Source: an uncultured Gemmatimonadaceae bacterium (GTDB lineage: Bacteria > Gemmatimonadota > Gemmatimonadetes > Gemmatimonadales > Gemmatimonadaceae). Taken from it: a stretch of 64,000 nucleotides of DNA. Below, one piece after another: positions 29,712 to 39,458 of the stretch. The position numbers and the translations under genes were made by a program. The stretch covers positions 502,597-566,596 of the forward strand of contig CAWAGQ010000013.1 in the NCBI GenBank assembly GCA_963781585.1, read 5' to 3'. The notes beneath the pieces are model-generated. The model was not told the DNA's origin and searched no databases. It saw only the letters and a program-made list of their open reading frames with translations. Position 1 is the first letter of the stretch, and the number at the start of each line of letters is the position of its first letter.

Positions 29712-30564
29712 CGAAGAGGTCCTTGATTCGGTCGATCATTGCGGGGATCAGTTTCTGCTGCTGGAAAGACCGTCCGGCGAGCCGACGAACAACTCGCTCC
29801 AAGGGTTGGTCGGGTCGTTTCTCAAACCCGCGCACTGCCGAAAACGCGATCGGCAGGGTGAACGTGTCACGATACAAGTCTGCAATGTCTAGGCAGAATG
29901 CGGTTGCCGAGTCCTCGTGGACGAACCCCAGTTGGGGAATCGTCCTTGTCGCGGAGACGGCGACCATGGCGGCAGCCTCGACAGCGGTTGCCGCGTGGTT
30001 GATGGCCTGGTTCGGGGCATCGGCCATCTCCGGTCGCCCACGGTCGTAGCGCCGACCGGCCCAGTCGACACCATGCTGGGTGGCCAGCTGCTTATAACTC
30101 TCCTTCATCCGGGCGCCCTCGATCCCGCGGAGGACGGCAATATCAGAGTGCGGCAAGACTTCGCCGAGGCGCCAGGCATACATGCGCCGCGCGGCGTCGA
30201 GTCTCCGCTCCGGGTCCGACCACGTCTCGATCTGTTTGCGCGCGAGGATCGACTCATCGGAGCCAAACGGCATACTTGCGTAGAAGCGCACGCCGTCATC
30301 ACCGACTGCCACCAGTGCCGTCCCATGACGCGCCATGAGGCGCATGGCATCGTGACTCACGGTGGTCCCGGGTCCAAGAAGGATGCAGGAGAGTAGCTGA
30401 AACGGGATCGAATAGTCGCCCGCTGGCAAATCGCCGCTTCCGGTTGTCGCGAAGCGCAATGTGCCATCCTCGACCCATAGACGCCCGCGCGAGAGCCACA
30501 AGAGGCCGTGTCGGTCGCCGTGCGGGATTCGCGCCGTTTCGAGGCCGAGGCGACCCTTCAGCAC
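29683..30564 (-). CDS. cas1: Type I-E Cas1
   Basis: LLGPGTTVSHDA, LRGIEGARM, LGFVH, FCLDIADLY. Confidence 0.95.
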   Translation of the reverse strand: MLKGRLGLETARIPHGDRHGLLWLSRGRLWVEDGTLRFATTGSGDLPAGDYSIPFQLLSCILLGPGTTVSHDAMRLMARHGTALVAVGDDGVRFYASMPFGSDESILARKQIETWSDPERRLDAARRMYAWRLGEVLPHSDIAVLRGIEGARMKESYKQLATQHGVDWAGRRYDRGRPEMADAPNQAINHAATAVEAAAMVAVSATRTIPQLGFVHEDSATAFCLDIADLYRDTFTLPIAFSAVRGFEKRPDQPLERVVRRLAGRSFQQQKLIPAMIDRIKDLFDAHDGGRNG

Positions 30565-30567
30565 GAC

Positions 30568-31389
30568 TCAACGACCGACAGGCCGCAGCAGCAGCATCCC
30601 GAACCCGAATGCTCTGTGGCGGCCAACTCCACGCCGAAAGAAAGCCCGAAAACCCTCAGGATCAACGACCCGCAAATGGCCTTCCAGAATCGCGTTGGGC
30701 CGCTCAAGGACCCTCCCTGAGTCGGCATTTCGACGATAGAGACGGTCCCGCTTGAACGTTACCAGACTTGGCGGCTCGTCGAGCACGGCCCCGCTGTGTC
30801 GTGCGAACTCGGCCTCAAGCCAGCCTCCATATGCCGCCTCGCGGCCGCACCATACCTTGGCGCTATGTGCGAATGGCAGCTCAGCCCGGGGGTCCTCCGC
30901 GTCGCTTCGGCCAGCCCGTTCCAGAGAGGCGAGCCAAGAGTCGAGCTCCCGGGTCCGGCCCCGGCCATCAGCGTTCGTGCCAAGCCCGGGAGCGACCGGC
31001 GTCCGCGTGCGCACGATGGGGCACGCGCGCACGCGGAAACCAGTGCGCGCCCCCGCTGGGAGGACGGGCAAATTCCTCGAATCGCACATGTGGACCAGGA
31101 ATTCCTTCGGCGGCCCCATACGGTGGACCAGCGCCCAGTGGTCGAGGTCCGAGTAGGCCAGCAGGAATATGAATTCTGGATGTCGCCGGGCGGATTCCAG
31201 CGTGTCGTCCACCGCAAAGGTGTGAAACGGAATCTCAGCCGCCTGACGCGAGGTGGCGAACAGTTGAGCCAGTCCGGCGTGAAGCAGGTAGCCGTCATCG
31301 ACGTTGCGCCCGAGATGGTGACGACGAGCGAGGCGGAGGAGTTCGCGGCGGTGGAGGACCAGGCGGATGATGTGAAGGGGCGTGCTCAC
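30568..31389 (-). CDS. cas6e: Cas6e/Cse3 endoribonuclease
   Basis: FRVRACP and C-terminal G-rich loop GVGRHRAFGFGMLLL. Confidence 0.9.
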   Translation of the reverse strand: MSTPLHIIRLVLHRRELLRLARRHHLGRNVDDGYLLHAGLAQLFATSRQAAEIPFHTFAVDDTLESARRHPEFIFLLAYSDLDHWALVHRMGPPKEFLVHMCDSRNLPVLPAGARTGFRVRACPIVRTRTPVAPGLGTNADGRGRTRELDSWLASLERAGRSDAEDPRAELPFAHSAKVWCGREAAYGGWLEAEFARHSGAVLDEPPSLVTFKRDRLYRRNADSGRVLERPNAILEGHLRVVDPEGFRAFFRRGVGRHRAFGFGMLLLRPVGR

Positions 31390-32087
31390 GGGCTTGCCTT
31401 CGGCCAATCTCCGTTTTGACCCGCCGACTTCACTTCATCGGTAACCTCAACCCACTCCGTGCGCACGTAGCGCAGTCCGTACCGTCGGTTGCCCTCTGCG
31501 AAGGACAGAGGAACATCATACCGCGCTTCTCCGTCCTCGGCCGGCTCGACCTCGACCACGGCGCGGAGCGGTCCAGGATCGATGCGTTCGGCGGGTGGGG
31601 CGTCGCGCACGGCAGCCGCCGCGTCGCCCTCGCCGAAACCTGCAAACGGCGGCACTGACGGGACGCAGGCGCGCCGGCCGAGAAACAGAGGCCAGCGAGG
31701 CGATTGCAGCGCATCGCCGATTGACCGAACCAACAGGGCGTCGCCCGCCAGCGCCGCGACGAAACTCGCGTCCTGCAGGTAGTAGCGGTGACTTGGCACA
31801 CAGTCCTTGGCACCGAACACGAGGTAACGGTCGCCGCGAAACCGCCCACCACCGGCCGTGTGATAATCGTGAAGCAACGACCCCTGGCGGTCGACGCGAA
31901 CCGCGAGCCTCAACTCTCGAAGATCCGCGAGCCTTGCCTCGTCGTCGCGGGCCATGCCGAGCGCGGATCCCACAAGGCCCAGGACGCCGCTCTTGCTCGG
32001 CTCCTGATCGGTGTCACGGATGCCGAGCTTGATCTGGGTGGACCAGGCCTGAAGGGGTCCTTCAAGACGGATAAGCACCGACGTCAT
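31386..32087 (-). CDS. cas5: Cas5e
   Basis: LEGPLQAW, RDTDQEPSKSGVLGLVGSALG, DYHT, RYYLQDA, LFLGRRACVPS. Confidence 0.95.
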   Translation of the reverse strand: MTSVLIRLEGPLQAWSTQIKLGIRDTDQEPSKSGVLGLVGSALGMARDDEARLADLRELRLAVRVDRQGSLLHDYHTAGGGRFRGDRYLVFGAKDCVPSHRYYLQDASFVAALAGDALLVRSIGDALQSPRWPLFLGRRACVPSVPPFAGFGEGDAAAAVRDAPPAERIDPGPLRAVVEVEPAEDGEARYDVPLSFAEGNRRYGLRYVRTEWVEVTDEVKSAGQNGDWPKASP

Positions 32088-33319
32088 GCGGACGCCCCGA
32101 CTGCACGATCTGTGATCTGTGTGAAAAAGTCACCCAGTTTCTTGGCTCGAGCCACGCCGTCCTCGTCAGCCAAGTCCCGGTCGGCCCACGTTATCGCGAA
32201 CCGGTCGCGGGCGCCGATGGCATCCTCCATGCGACCGAAATAGGCTTCCAGCTTGGTGATCGAATCGTCCACCAGGTCGGCCTCGCCATCACCGGCCCCG
32301 TGCGGGCGGGCCGGTTTCAGGAACGCGTTCGTTAGAGAGACGGACTGGCCGCCCGCGCGAACGACCGCAAGGGCGTAGCTCGGGAAATTGTGTGCGGCCA
32401 TGCTGTTCTGCTTGCCTGTGGGAATAGCGGAGACGAAGGCGCGGACGAAGGCCTCCACCGATCGCTTCAGGAGATCTTCGGCATCGTCGCCGTCGCCGAG
32501 GTTTTCGTGAAGCTTCCTGACATCCAGGACCGCGTACCGGTAGAAGCACGATGAGTTGAACTGGATGGTGCCCATCATGTCCGAACCGGCGGTGTCATCA
32601 GGCTTGAAGTCATCCACCGCAGTGAAGAAGTCGAAGTCCATCTGAACTTTGTTGGTCGAAATTGCGTGGGCGACCTGGCATGAGGCTTCGACATTCCACT
32701 CCGGCCTGTCGGCAATCATTCGGCCAAATAGCGCCAGATCCGCGGCGGCGCGGGCGTTCTCGAAGAGCTCCTGAATCTTCGTGCCGATTTCCTTTGGGTA
32801 CGCCAGTTCCTTCTCCCTCTTCCTCTGCTTCGTCGACTTCTTCTTGCTAGGCGTTGCGTCTGTGTCGCCCTCGGCTACGGGCTCGGGTGACGACGGCAAA
32901 GTGTGTAACTCGTCCCGATGCTCGTGAAGCAGGGCCGCGAGTTCATTAATCGTTCTGCGCGGCACGAACAGCAAGTACTCGGTCTTCCACCCCTCCTCAC
33001 CCTCAGCCTTCTTTCGGCCAAGTCCCGCCCCTTCCAACGAGCCGAGTGCCAGAGTCATCGCCTCCTCAGAATTGTGCCCATGCTCTTCCACCAACACTCG
33101 GGCTACCTCCTGCGCAATCCGCTTAGTCCGCGCTCCCAGATTCTCGAGGTTCACCAGCTTCTCGAGTCGAAACAATTCTCGAACGGCGCGCTTCTGGCAC
33201 TGGCTCGAGATGCGTGCGCGCCTATGCCCGCCAAGCTCGCAGTCCTTGGGAGCCCCTGTGTCGTCGCGGTTGAGATTGGAAGGGGCGAAGTTCTGGAGCA
33301 GATGCAATTCGACTTTCAT
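32084..33319 (-). CDS. cas7: Cas7e/Cse4
   Basis: NLNRDDTGAPK, RARISSQCQKR, LALFGRM, QVAHAIST, DFFTAVDD, PTGKQNSMA. Confidence 0.96.
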   Translation of the reverse strand: MKVELHLLQNFAPSNLNRDDTGAPKDCELGGHRRARISSQCQKRAVRELFRLEKLVNLENLGARTKRIAQEVARVLVEEHGHNSEEAMTLALGSLEGAGLGRKKAEGEEGWKTEYLLFVPRRTINELAALLHEHRDELHTLPSSPEPVAEGDTDATPSKKKSTKQRKREKELAYPKEIGTKIQELFENARAAADLALFGRMIADRPEWNVEASCQVAHAISTNKVQMDFDFFTAVDDFKPDDTAGSDMMGTIQFNSSCFYRYAVLDVRKLHENLGDGDDAEDLLKRSVEAFVRAFVSAIPTGKQNSMAAHNFPSYALAVVRAGGQSVSLTNAFLKPARPHGAGDGEADLVDDSITKLEAYFGRMEDAIGARDRFAITWADRDLADEDGVARAKKLGDFFTQITDRAVGASA

Positions 33320-33333
33320 TGCCGCGCCTCCGT

Positions 33334-33867
33334 TCACGTAGTTGCCGTTTCTGTGCGAGCGATACTTGCATCTTCGCCTTTCAGCGCCCAGAAGTCGCGC
33401 GCCCAGCGGCGACGAACGAAATCGCTCTCGTAGTCCCAATACCTAATGGCACGATACAGATCATCCCAGTCAATGCCGAGGTCGCTCGCCGCGAGCAACG
33501 AGATCGCGCGACGAAGATGCACGGCCAGGTCCGTGCGCTCGGCGGCCATAAGCGCCAAGAATCGCTTTTCCACACTGTCGCGCGAGTCCCTGCCAGGTGG
33601 GCGCCACACCATCCGCAAGCCCTTGGCGAGCGAGAGTGAGGTAGTGACAGGGCGAAGGGCGAAGAGCCCGGCCAAGAGCACGGCGTCGTCCTCCGCGCGC
33701 TGCCCAGCGTCTTGAGGGAGGAAAGGCAGGACGACCCGAAGTCCCGCGAGCGAGTGATCGCCATCCAGCGAAGCGCGGAGAGCCGCAAGAGTCGCGCGGT
33801 CTTCACGCGCGGCGATGTCCTCGAGATACTCGACCAAGGGAGCCTTCGACCTCTGTTGCTGGTTCAC
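33334..33867 (-). CDS. cse2: Cse2/Cas11 small subunit
   Basis: RATLAALR, SVEKRFLAL, IDWDDL, RRWARDFW. Confidence 0.92.
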   Translation of the reverse strand: MNQQQRSKAPLVEYLEDIAAREDRATLAALRASLDGDHSLAGLRVVLPFLPQDAGQRAEDDAVLLAGLFALRPVTTSLSLAKGLRMVWRPPGRDSRDSVEKRFLALMAAERTDLAVHLRRAISLLAASDLGIDWDDLYRAIRYWDYESDFVRRRWARDFWALKGEDASIARTETATT

Positions 33868-35453
33868 GTTTCAGCCTCCTGCATCGTTTCCTTTCCAGCA
33901 GCAAGTGACTCGGTGTCGACGAGGTACGTCAACGTCCTTTCGAACTCTGTTTCTGCCAGCGCGCGCGCCTTCATCGTTCGGCCATCCGCCATCGCACTCG
34001 AGACCGCTTCGTAAAATTGCTTGCGCACCACTTGGCGGGTTCGCTCCTCGAAGCGACGCCGCGCATCGTCCTTGTCACCACTCAGACCCAATACGAACGC
34101 CTCAAAGGCGGCACCGAGTGCGCTCCACGCCGCTGGCTGAGCCCCTAAGGAGCGTACGAAATCTTGGCGCTGCTCCCGTTGTTCTCTCCCATCGCTGCCC
34201 GCCCGTGGCAAGCTCTCGCGAGCGAAAGTGGAGAGGGCCGCCCAAAGACACCGCACCGCTGCTTCGGCAAACCTGAGGGCATGCTCGATGGCTTCGCGGG
34301 CATCCGGATCGGCGAAGAGCCCCACAGCGGCGGCGAGCTGTTCGGCCCGAGTGTAGTCAATGCGCGATTTCTCGGCCGAAAGCCCGAACATGCCAATCGT
34401 GTAGACGGTGGACGTTCCGACAACATCCAGGGCCTCGGGGCTGGCCATCTGATCCAAGGTCATCGGGCGTCGAAATTTCTTACCATCGCTGCGCCCGCCT
34501 TCGAAGAGACTATCTGCGTTGCGCCAGAACGCCTTTTCAGGATCGATACCAATGCTCAAGAACCCGCGCTTTTCATCAAGCCGATATGACACCATCGGGT
34601 CAAGATCGCACCCTTCCGCCAAACCTTGTCCCACACACCGCACGAAGTGAAGAACCTGGTGATCCTCCCCCACAAGTTCGATTCGTCGGCTGACCCACGT
34701 GAGCACGTCCAACCACCCCGTGGGAAGGCGCTTGGGCTCTTGTGTCACCGGCATTCTCTCGGGCAACGCCCCCCGCTCCCAAGCTGGAGCGTCGTCTTGG
34801 CTTGCGACGATCGGGCGGTTCTGGGCCGGGTCATAAACGAGTAAGTTCGCCACCAAGGTCTCGAATAGGGACGCTCCGCGAAGCAGCACAACGGCGGCCC
34901 GGACCAAAGGCGCCGCTGTGGCGGATGTCGGCTCGTTGGGCTTCTTCACCAAGCCCCCCGTGGCGAACGCTTGATGTGCCAAGAGGGCTCGCGTAGCCTG
35001 CGCCGGTTCCATCGATGGGTGATGCGCGACAGGGCGGTGTTGAAACAACTCCCGGGCCGATCCCCAGCTGGAACGCTCCAAGGTGAGCGCGTCGATCGGA
35101 TCCGCCGCGAACTGCTGTACCAATCCTCGAGTCTGCGCAAATGGATGCGTCGGATGGAACAAATCCATCCGATCTCGTACACCACTCAGGTATCTCTCAA
35201 CATGGTCGGCCTCAAAGCGTCCGCTGCGCGCGATGACGCACCATTCGTTCATGGTTGTCGGCCCCACATAAGCCCGATGCAGCACCGCCAGTAAGTGCCG
35301 ATGCAGCACGGCGAGAACCAATGGCGATGGGTCTGCGATCGTCCTGACGCGATGCGCCTCGACCAGGGCATCCCTGGTGGAAAGCTCCGCGCGCTGGCCA
35401 TCCATGAATTCGCAGGGGATCCACGGTTGCGTGGTGAGGTTGAATGAGTCCAT
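33864..35453 (-). CDS. cas8e: Cas8e/Cse1 large subunit
   Basis: FNLTTQPWIP, DLFHPTHPFAQ, SLFETLVANL; ATG overlaps the cas3 stop. Confidence 0.93.
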   Translation of the reverse strand: MDSFNLTTQPWIPCEFMDGQRAELSTRDALVEAHRVRTIADPSPLVLAVLHRHLLAVLHRAYVGPTTMNEWCVIARSGRFEADHVERYLSGVRDRMDLFHPTHPFAQTRGLVQQFAADPIDALTLERSSWGSARELFQHRPVAHHPSMEPAQATRALLAHQAFATGGLVKKPNEPTSATAAPLVRAAVVLLRGASLFETLVANLLVYDPAQNRPIVASQDDAPAWERGALPERMPVTQEPKRLPTGWLDVLTWVSRRIELVGEDHQVLHFVRCVGQGLAEGCDLDPMVSYRLDEKRGFLSIGIDPEKAFWRNADSLFEGGRSDGKKFRRPMTLDQMASPEALDVVGTSTVYTIGMFGLSAEKSRIDYTRAEQLAAAVGLFADPDAREAIEHALRFAEAAVRCLWAALSTFARESLPRAGSDGREQREQRQDFVRSLGAQPAAWSALGAAFEAFVLGLSGDKDDARRRFEERTRQVVRKQFYEAVSSAMADGRTMKARALAETEFERTLTYLVDTESLAAGKETMQEAET

Positions 35454-38230
35454 TACGACGCCTTGTCTGCTTGTCGGATACAAAGCCCCAGTTCAGCATC
35501 GAGGACGAAGCTCACGCCCGCCACCCGTGCGCGTCCCTCTTCGAATGCGAGCAGTCGCCGATATCGCAACAGCGGCGATTTCTTCCAGCTCTCCGGTATC
35601 GCCGTTTGAGGATCGTTAATGATGGCATGGAAGGCGCGTCGGTTGCTCACGCCGATAGAGCGGCGCACCAGCCGTTCGACGAGCAGCCAGTCAGGCTCTT
35701 TGCAAAGGTCGAGAGGCGTTTCGTCGCCGTCACCCACGAGGAGCTGCCCTCCCCGCCGGTCCACACAAAGGAGTTCAACTGACGGGGGCCCGAGGCGCGT
35801 ATCCGCACGCAACTGCTGGTGCAGCACGGGATCGTCATCATCTGTCAGGAACACTCGCAAGTTGCCGAAAGGATCGTCGACGACGTAGGGATGCGGCATG
35901 AGCTTCTGTTCCGAGAGGTTGCGTTGAACCGCCTTCGCGCCGTGGTGCGCGATCCAGGCGGCATGGAGCTGTTCGCCCGCAGCGACCGGCCTGTCGCAAT
36001 AGACTTCTTCGACCAGTGGCTCGATATCGGTAGGTAGGGTGAAGGTCTCCGTGTTCTCGAGCTTCTCCAGCGTCCGGCGAACCAACATTTCTGCGTACAC
36101 AACTGCAACCTGATCCAATGAAGCCGTCGTCCAAGGGCCATCGGGACACACAATCGTGAGCCGCGGCTCCTTCACCCCCGGAAATCGGTTACCTCGCTGA
36201 TGCCGCCACAGGCGCCCGGCCCGCTGGAGTAGGAGGTCCATCGGCGCGACATCGGTGACCATGAAGTCGAAGTCGACATCGAGGCTCTGCTCTAGCACCT
36301 GGGTCCCGATCACGACGCATCCCTCCGGTCGCTCGGTGTCGCCGCCCTCAGGCCCCAGCCACTTGGCCAGCCGTTCCTCGCGCTCCACGCGGTCAGCTGG
36401 CAGAAGCTGTGAGTGCAGAAGCAGGCGGCCAAGGCCCGCAGCCATCTCGCACACGCGTGTGGTGGCTTCCTGTGCGCGCGCGACCGTGTTGCAGATCCAC
36501 CCTACACATCCGCCGCGCCGCGCCACCTCGATAACCCTGCGCGTAAGCTCGTCTACGTCGTCTCGGCTGCGCTCGACCCCCACCGAGATCGGTTTCCCGC
36601 GAGGTGCAAACGAGTCGACCTTGTTGGAAGTGCGAGATGCGAGAGTGATCCGCGGATAAGGTCCCGTCGGCTGTTCTCCTTCAGGCATTCCGGCACCCTT
36701 GCGATACGCACGAAGGAGGTCGGCGCGGCGGCTGGAGGGCAGGGTGGCCGAGAGCAAGACTACAGTGGTGCCGGTGGCAGCGAGCCACTCGACGAGACGA
36801 TCGAGCAGATTACTGGTATAGGTGTCATATGCATGGATCTCATCGAAGATCACGACCTTGCTGGCAAGCCCGTAGAGTCGGACGAATGCGTGGGGCACAC
36901 GCATGACGCCAAGTAACGCCTGGTCGATCGTCCCGACTGCGAATTCGCCGAGCAGTTTGCGCTTCTTCGACAGGAACCACGCCTCGGCGCGCACCGCCCC
37001 GACGCCTTCAGCATCGCTGTCGTACACCGCCCCTACGCGGAGTTTTCGAAAGCCCTCCCAGAGCGATGCTTCGCCGTGCGCCAAGAGGAGGGTCGAGAGC
37101 GCTCCTCCGCGCGTGCGCGCCAGGAATCGCTCGATACGGCCGAACATCTGATTCGCCGTCGCCTGGGTGGGGAGGCCGATATAGAACCCTCCCTCGCCGA
37201 TCTGCGCGGCCGCGGCATCGGCCAGGGTGAGCGCGGCCTCCGTCTTTCCTTCGCCCATTGGTGCTTCCACGACGATCAGTGAAGGTGTGTCTAGGGTCGG
37301 TGCGATCGAGTCCGCGGCGGAATGCAGGGGCCAAGGGTCCAGCTGCGGGAATAGTTGCCGAAACGACCGCGCCGTCGATGGCGGCGCTGGGCGAAAGCCT
37401 GCATTCTCCAATGCCGTGTCTGCCCGAGCCAGAGCGATTCGCCAGTAGGTGGGCAGCGACCGTTGAGGTGGCTCGTAAAGGAAGAAGTCCTCCATCGAAC
37501 CGATCCAATCCGCGACCGACGTGACACCTGCGAGCAAGACGACGTAGGCGTGATCAATCTGCGCGACACCGGACAGCGAAGTGACACGGAAATGGTCAGC
37601 CATCACCTTGACGACGGCCGCCCGTGCGGAGTCCCATTGCGCTTTCCGGCCACGCTCCCGCGACCCCGGCGGTTTGCAGACGGACGCGTCGGTGGGAAAC
37701 TGCCCGTGATGGGCAGTGACCGCACGCGCCAGACGTAGTGCAGTCGAGGTCGACGCTCCGTAGTGTTCCTCCAACTCTGGTTTGAGGAAGAACAGGCCGA
37801 TGTCTCCGTGAAACCGAGCCCCCTGGTCCGCCTGGAGATCGAATCCACGCTTCGGGAATTCACGTCGGGCCCAATCGACCTTCGCCTGGAAGGCCGGTGT
37901 GGCCTTTCCAAGGTCGTGCAGCGCGATGACAAACAGCAAGGTCCGCAGGCTGTCGAGGCGATCCGTCGACAGCGCCAGCAGCCGGTCCCGTACGGCAGGT
38001 GGCTGTATCGCTGTGAGCAATCGCGCAGCCACGGCTGCGACGTCCAACATGTGACAGAGTAGCGAATGCGCGGGGCAAGACCCCTTGGGTTGTGCCTTAC
38101 CCCAGAGCAGCCACTCCGGCCGCCCGCCCGCATGGCCCAACCACTCGTCAATTGTGTCGGCGGTGAGAGCGGCCGCAGGAGGGACCGGACCGCCAAGCGA
38201 TGCTACCCAGTCACACAAGACGTCGGCCAC
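35453..38230 (-). CDS. cas3: Cas3 HD nuclease-helicase
   Basis: HMLDV, LHDLGKATPAFQ, ADWIGS, APMGEGKTE, DEIHAYD, LSAT, QRAGRLWRH. Confidence 0.96.
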   Translation of the reverse strand: MADVLCDWVASLGGPVPPAAALTADTIDEWLGHAGGRPEWLLWGKAQPKGSCPAHSLLCHMLDVAAVAARLLTAIQPPAVRDRLLALSTDRLDSLRTLLFVIALHDLGKATPAFQAKVDWARREFPKRGFDLQADQGARFHGDIGLFFLKPELEEHYGASTSTALRLARAVTAHHGQFPTDASVCKPPGSRERGRKAQWDSARAAVVKVMADHFRVTSLSGVAQIDHAYVVLLAGVTSVADWIGSMEDFFLYEPPQRSLPTYWRIALARADTALENAGFRPAPPSTARSFRQLFPQLDPWPLHSAADSIAPTLDTPSLIVVEAPMGEGKTEAALTLADAAAAQIGEGGFYIGLPTQATANQMFGRIERFLARTRGGALSTLLLAHGEASLWEGFRKLRVGAVYDSDAEGVGAVRAEAWFLSKKRKLLGEFAVGTIDQALLGVMRVPHAFVRLYGLASKVVIFDEIHAYDTYTSNLLDRLVEWLAATGTTVVLLSATLPSSRRADLLRAYRKGAGMPEGEQPTGPYPRITLASRTSNKVDSFAPRGKPISVGVERSRDDVDELTRRVIEVARRGGCVGWICNTVARAQEATTRVCEMAAGLGRLLLHSQLLPADRVEREERLAKWLGPEGGDTERPEGCVVIGTQVLEQSLDVDFDFMVTDVAPMDLLLQRAGRLWRHQRGNRFPGVKEPRLTIVCPDGPWTTASLDQVAVVYAEMLVRRTLEKLENTETFTLPTDIEPLVEEVYCDRPVAAGEQLHAAWIAHHGAKAVQRNLSEQKLMPHPYVVDDPFGNLRVFLTDDDDPVLHQQLRADTRLGPPSVELLCVDRRGGQLLVGDGDETPLDLCKEPDWLLVERLVRRSIGVSNRRAFHAIINDPQTAIPESWKKSPLLRYRRLLAFEEGRARVAGVSFVLDAELGLCIRQADKAS

Positions 38231-38658
38231 ATTAGCCTCATCTTACTAATAAGGTGGGAGGGTTCGTCGCCCATTGCACATCCATGGCCGCACCTCCAAG
38301 ACAAGCCGGGTCAGGATGCCTCGTGGGACCTCCCGCGCGACGCCGCGTCAAGCTAGCGGTCGATGCCCTGGCCGGTTTGGTCTTCGGGCTTCACGGTCGA
38401 GCGATCATGCCGGGATCGCGGGCCCTGATCGCAAACTTCTCGAACTTGTTTCGGATTCGCTAGGCGCTGTCCGCGCCGCCGTCCTTCGCCTTCCGGCCGG
38501 AAATGCTGCGGCCCCCTCCACCGCGGCAAGAATCCGGTACGTCCTGCGTCATTCTGGTAATTCGGAACGGCGGGATGAGCTCACATTGCCGGTGCGGTTC
38601 GGAGCTCTTTGCGAACCCCGCGCCTGAGTATGCCGGTCTCGCCAGCCCGTTCAGGGTC

Positions 38659-38742
38659 GCCGGCGTGGCGGAACTGGCAGACGCGGCACCCTCGCAAGGC
38701 GCTGGGCGCAAGCCCGTGTGGGTTCCATTCCCATCGCCGGCA
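38659..38742 (+). tRNA. Atypical class II tRNA: tRNA-Leu-type body with CGC (Ala) anticodon; possibly a pseudo-tRNA
   Basis: Acceptor GCCGGCG/CGCCGGC with A73; D-arm GCG-GAACTGGCAGA-CGC; anticodon arm GCACC-CTCGCAA-GGCGC; variable arm GGGC-GCAA-GCCC; T-arm GTGGG-TTCCATT-CCCAT. Confidence 0.8.
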
Positions 38743-38826
38743 CCCACCGTGGTTTCCCTTGACTCGGCACGCCGAGCACGATTATGCTCGGCATACCTTG
38801 CGAGGGTGCCGCGGTCCAGCCACGCT

Positions 38827-39168
38827 GTGATCGCGCTGAGACGGAGGCGTCAGGTCGGCGCCTCCGTTCCTCTTTACACCGAGGCCCTGCTAGCCCAGGG
38901 ACTCGAGCGTCGCCAGCTCGGGACGATCGTTGAGACGCTGGCACAAGGCGTCTTCGAGGTCGAGTTCTCTCACGACCGGGGTCACACCTATGCGTCGGTG
39001 AGCGTCCCCGCCACCACGCTGCCGATCCTGCACCACCAGCCCGCCGGGCGCTGGCGCGCGCTCTTCGGCATCGTCCGATCAATCTGGATGGTTGCGGCCT
39101 TCGGCCTCACGGCGGAACCTGGCGCCGTCTCGCTTGGAACAGTCGCGGCCGCGGGCTCAACTCTATAG
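38827..39168 (+). pseudogene. Probably degraded DUF4926-like protein
   Basis: GLERRQLGTIVETLAQGVFEVEFSHDRGHTYAS resembles the DUF4926 core; start and C-terminus atypical. Confidence 0.6.
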
Positions 39169-39228
39169 ATGATGCCGATAGCACAAGCACTTTCTCCCGC
39201 GGATGGCCAGGAAGGTCCTTATGGAGAA

Positions 39229-39301
39229 CTCCCGAGGCAGGACTCGAACCTGCGACCCGGTGATTAACAGTCACCTGCTCTACCAGCTGAGCTACTCGGG
39301 A
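39229..39301 (-). tRNA. tRNA-Asn(GTT), CCA not encoded
   Basis: TCCCGAGTAGCTCAGCTGGTAGAGCAGGTGACT-GTT-AATCACCGGGTCGCAGGTTCGAGTCCTGCCTCGGGAG, canonical cloverleaf. Confidence 0.97.
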
Positions 39302-39458
39302 ATGGGTGCGAAAGCTAGACAACCCCCGGCGGGCGGGTCAAGCGAAAGCGATCCCGCCCGCGCCACGCTTGACCGCCGGCCGGACTGCGCGCAAGCTCGC
39401 ACCGTCGGCCGGCCGCGCCGCCGCCACCAGCCCCGGGCCACTCTCGCCCGCCACTCTC

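Noticed and set aside
38325..38636. Partial CRISPR-repeat-like words upstream of cas3 (TCCCGCGCG near 38331; CGAACCCCGCGC at 38612) as a CreA-like mini-array
   Set aside because: Only about half the positions match, no hairpin partner, spacing wrong; expected by chance in GC-rich DNA
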